Of a stretch of DNA of 61,109 bases, positions 58,319 to 61,109 are shown piece by piece (the stretch's first letter is position 1; every line of letters begins with the position of its first letter). Below the pieces are notes generated by a model. The model saw only the letters and a list, made by a program, of their open reading frames with translations, was not told the origin of the DNA and searched no databases. This DNA comes from Candidatus Eiseniibacteriota bacterium (GTDB lineage Bacteria; Arandabacterota; Arandabacteria; Arandabacterales; Arandabacteraceae). The stretch is from contig JBDRNT010000045.1 in assembly GCA_043810925.1 (NCBI GenBank), positions 1 to 61,109 of the forward strand, given 5' to 3'. Both the position numbers and the translations under genes were made by a program.

Positions 58319-58714
58319 TTAAGCCGCAGGCACCGCCTTGTAACCGTAGTTGATGATGCCCGCCTCGCCCTCCTGCTTGACCTTTCTGAATTCTATCTTA
58401 ACAGGCATGCCTGTCTTGATTTTGTCAGGCAGGCAATCGACTATCTGGCACTGGATTATGACCCCGTCATCGAGTTTGACCACACCGACAGCGAAAGGGG
58501 CTTCGTCACGGAACTCGGTCGGAGCGACTCGAATGATCGTGAAGGTCTGCACCTTGCCCGTCTTCGCAAGCGTGACATCTTCGAACTCCCGCTTGCCGCA
58601 CCCAGCACAGATGAGCCTCGGGGGAAACCAGACGGTTCCACAGCTCTTGCATTTCGAAGCTTCATACCTGTAGCGCTGAGGTATCTCTCTCCAGTATCTT
58701 GCTGACGTCGACAT
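58319..58714 (-). CDS. DUF35 Zn-ribbon/OB-fold scaffold protein
   Basis: CKSCG..FPPR..CAGC, I.YGYK. Confidence 0.9.
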   Translation of the reverse strand: MSTSARYWREIPQRYRYEASKCKSCGTVWFPPRLICAGCGKREFEDVTLAKTGKVQTFTIIRVAPTEFRDEAPFAVGVVKLDDGVIIQCQIVDCLPDKIKTGMPVKIEFRKVKQEGEAGIINYGYKAVPAA

Positions 58715-59878
58715 CTACGCTACCTCCAGAATGTGGACAACCGAACTGGCACAAGTACCACCCATGTTCTGTGCAAGACCGCGCTTGGCATCCTTGACCT
58801 GTCGCTCACCTGATTCGCCTCTGAGCTGCTCGGTTATCTCGCAAATCTGGGCGACACCGGTAGCCCCCACGGGATGGCCCTTGGACTTGAGTCCGCCACT
58901 TGTATTTATCGGAATTCTGCCGCCGATCGCCGTCTCGCCCTTCTCTGATGCGGGACCGCCCTTGCCTTTCTCGACAAAGCCCAGGGCCTCGATGGCGCAG
59001 ATCTCGGCAATAGTGAAGCAGTCATGTACCTCTGCAAGGTCTATGTCAGAGGGCTTGACCCCCGCCATCTTGTATGCCTTCTCGGCAGCGATCTCAGCGG
59101 CCGCAAGATGAGTGATGTCTTTTCGCTGGTGCAGGGCAATCGTATCGGTCGCCTGGCCTGAGCCGCTCACACGTACGAAGGGCTTCTTGGAAATCTTCCT
59201 CGCCATCTCAAGTGGGCACAGGATAACCGCCGCGGCCCCGTCGGTGATCGGGGAGCAATCGAGAATGGTCAGCGGATCGGCGACCATGACCGCATTGGCT
59301 ACCTTATCCACCGTCAACTTCATCCGGTACTGGGCGTTGGGATTCTTCGAACCATTGTCGTGGTTCTTGACCGACACCTCGGATAGCTGCTTCCTCGTCG
59401 TACCGTACTTCTCCATGTGAGCTCTTGCCATCATGGCATAGAGGCCCGGGAAGGTGACACCGTTATAGCCTTCATATTCCTGGTCGGCAGCCGTGGAAAG
59501 CGCATAGGTCGCGCCACCGCCGTCGACATCCGTCATCTTCTCGACACCGCCGACGAGTACGATCTCACTCATACCGGAGGCGACCTCGATAAGACCCTGT
59601 CTAAAGGCGATTCCACCCGATGCGCATGCCGACTCAACCCTTGTTGCGGGAATGGGACATACACCCAGATAGTCGGCCATCAGAGCACCGAGATGCTCCT
59701 GCCCGGCAAAGAGCCCGGAGGACATACATCCGACATACATGGAGTCGATCCTGTCGACCCCGGCATCATCAATAGCATTGAGGGCCGCCTCGACGAACAC
59801 GGCCCGCAGGGACTTGTCCCACAACTCGCCCCACTTCATCATGCCTACGCCGATAACTGCTACATCTACCATGATCAT
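58715..59878 (-). CDS. Archaeal-type acetoacetyl-CoA thiolase
   Basis: [38 protein letters not shown]. Confidence 0.9.
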   Translation of the reverse strand: MIMVDVAVIGVGMMKWGELWDKSLRAVFVEAALNAIDDAGVDRIDSMYVGCMSSGLFAGQEHLGALMADYLGVCPIPATRVESACASGGIAFRQGLIEVASGMSEIVLVGGVEKMTDVDGGGATYALSTAADQEYEGYNGVTFPGLYAMMARAHMEKYGTTRKQLSEVSVKNHDNGSKNPNAQYRMKLTVDKVANAVMVADPLTILDCSPITDGAAAVILCPLEMARKISKKPFVRVSGSGQATDTIALHQRKDITHLAAAEIAAEKAYKMAGVKPSDIDLAEVHDCFTIAEICAIEALGFVEKGKGGPASEKGETAIGGRIPINTSGGLKSKGHPVGATGVAQICEITEQLRGESGERQVKDAKRGLAQNMGGTCASSVVHILEVA

Positions 59879-59902
59879 TGCTCCTCAATCAGTGTTTTCA
59901 GC

Positions 59903-60949
59903 CTATTCACCCATTCTTATCTTTCCACGGAACTTAGCATAAGTGCCGTAGTCAAGTTGGATCGTCTCTCTATCCAGATAGTCAGTCGTCTTCAGGGCAA
60001 GATCCTGAACCTTGCCTATCCGGTCCGTGACCCTGTAAATGAAGCCGTCGCTTCCCGCCCCCGAACCGTAGGACACCATGAATATCAGCTGGCCGGGCTT
60101 GGCAACATCGAGCACCGCCGTAAGTCCCATCGGGGAGGAGCCGGAATAGGTGTTACCCAGTCTCGGGCAAAGGAGCCCGGTTTCTATCTGCTCCGGCTTA
60201 AATCCAAGCTGCCTGCCGACTGTTGTCGGGAACTTGCCGTTCGGCTGATGGAAAACAGCGTAAGCGAAATCCTCAGGCTTGGTGCCCGAGATGTCCAGCA
60301 GCGCCGTCGCGGCACCGGTTACGTGCTTGAAGTATGCGGGCATACCGGTGAACCGGCCTGCATGGCGCGGGTAATGCATGTATTCTCTCCGCCAGAAGTC
60401 GGGCGTATCGGTCATATACGAAAAAGTGTGCTCGACCTCGGCGACGGTATCGTTCTTACCGAAAATGAAGGCCGCAGCTCCCGCTGACGCTGAATACTCA
60501 AGTGCATCACCGGGTGCGCCCTGCGAAGTGTCTGCCCCGATACCGAGGGCATACTCCATCTTACCGGCCTCGACGAGACTCAGAGCGACGAACATGCCTT
60601 CTGTGCCGGCCTTGCATGCGAACTCGAAATCGGCACAGTGGATATTGGGAGTCGCCCCGATGGCTTCAGCAACCACCGTACCGCTCGGCTTCACGGCATA
60701 GGGATGTGATTCGGAACCCACGTAGATGGCCCCGATCTTCTTAGGGTCAATTCCTGCCCGCATGATGGCATTCCTTGAAGCCTCAACCGACATGGTAATG
60801 ACGTCCTGATCAGGCGCGGGTACTGACTTTTGCTTCAGCATTAAGCCGCGCTTGTAGCTGGGGGCATCTGCACCCCAGACCTTGGCTATCTCCTCAACTT
60901 TGATCCGGTATATGGGCGCGTAGGCCCCGTATCCGACGATTCCTGCCAT
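59903..60949 (-). CDS. Archaeal-type HMG-CoA synthase
   Basis: GSESHPYAVKP, EFACKAGT, FHQPNGKFP, GNTYSG, SYGSGAGSD; GGAGG RBS before ATG 60949. Confidence 0.93.
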   Translation of the reverse strand: MAGIVGYGAYAPIYRIKVEEIAKVWGADAPSYKRGLMLKQKSVPAPDQDVITMSVEASRNAIMRAGIDPKKIGAIYVGSESHPYAVKPSGTVVAEAIGATPNIHCADFEFACKAGTEGMFVALSLVEAGKMEYALGIGADTSQGAPGDALEYSASAGAAAFIFGKNDTVAEVEHTFSYMTDTPDFWRREYMHYPRHAGRFTGMPAYFKHVTGAATALLDISGTKPEDFAYAVFHQPNGKFPTTVGRQLGFKPEQIETGLLCPRLGNTYSGSSPMGLTAVLDVAKPGQLIFMVSYGSGAGSDGFIYRVTDRIGKVQDLALKTTDYLDRETIQLDYGTYAKFRGKIRMGE

Positions 60950-61045
60950 ACCAACCTCCCTCAAGAAACGACAACTTTTGCACAGATTTGAATACAAACA
61001 GATACCAGCGGGTCTCAAAACTCCGAGATACTAAGAGACTAAGGA

Positions 61046-61074
61046 ATACTACTATTTGCCGGTTAAAGAGTCAA
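61046..61074 (-). promoter_or_regulatory. Sigma70-type promoter of the HMG-CoA synthase operon
   Basis: TTGACT-N17-TAGTAT. Confidence 0.6.
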
Positions 61075-61085
61075 CCCTTGGAAAA

Positions 61086-61109
61086 CCGTGGGGTCAGGCT
61101 TTGAATTCT
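61086..61109 (+). repeat. GGGGTCA-family repeat truncated at the window end
   Basis: 61089-61109 is identical to 24329-24349. Confidence 0.85.

Noticed and set aside
1-61109. tRNA/rRNA genes, prophage, integrase or transposase genes
   Set aside because: None recognised by eye; a tRNAscan/Rfam run would be needed to exclude small RNAs.

Overview
GC-rich window from an anaerobic, probably uncultured diderm bacterium (lineage not determinable here). Contents: (1) a 2-oxoacid:ferredoxin oxidoreductase (delta/alpha/beta/gamma) operon running into an hdrA-mvhD-hdrD-hdrA/mvhD cluster whose second HdrA is a selenoprotein (in-frame UGA plus SECIS hairpin); (2) a MoxR/Bat operon preceded by phasin-like, ABC1 kinase, LysE and deacetylase genes; (3) a three-gene biotin-dependent acyl-CoA carboxylase; (4) a small-peptide/NoeA-like/NoeB-like/arylsulfotransferase operon; (5) two divergent radical SAM genes; (6) the most novel-looking locus (35.3-44.5 kb): a partner-switching module, ECF sigma/anti-sigma, a membrane-anchored DP/DRPW-repeat protein, an HExxH peptidase-propeller-barrel outer-membrane protein and a PrsW protease, with a shared CCAAC-N16-TGTA promoter motif; (7) a decayed integron-cassette cluster without integrase; (8) a secreted GH57-like enzyme; (9) an archaeal-type HMG-CoA synthase/thiolase/DUF35 cluster linked to a crotonase and a second oxidoreductase. 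Three families of small dispersed repeats are also present. All calls come from reading motifs by eye; no database searches were run.
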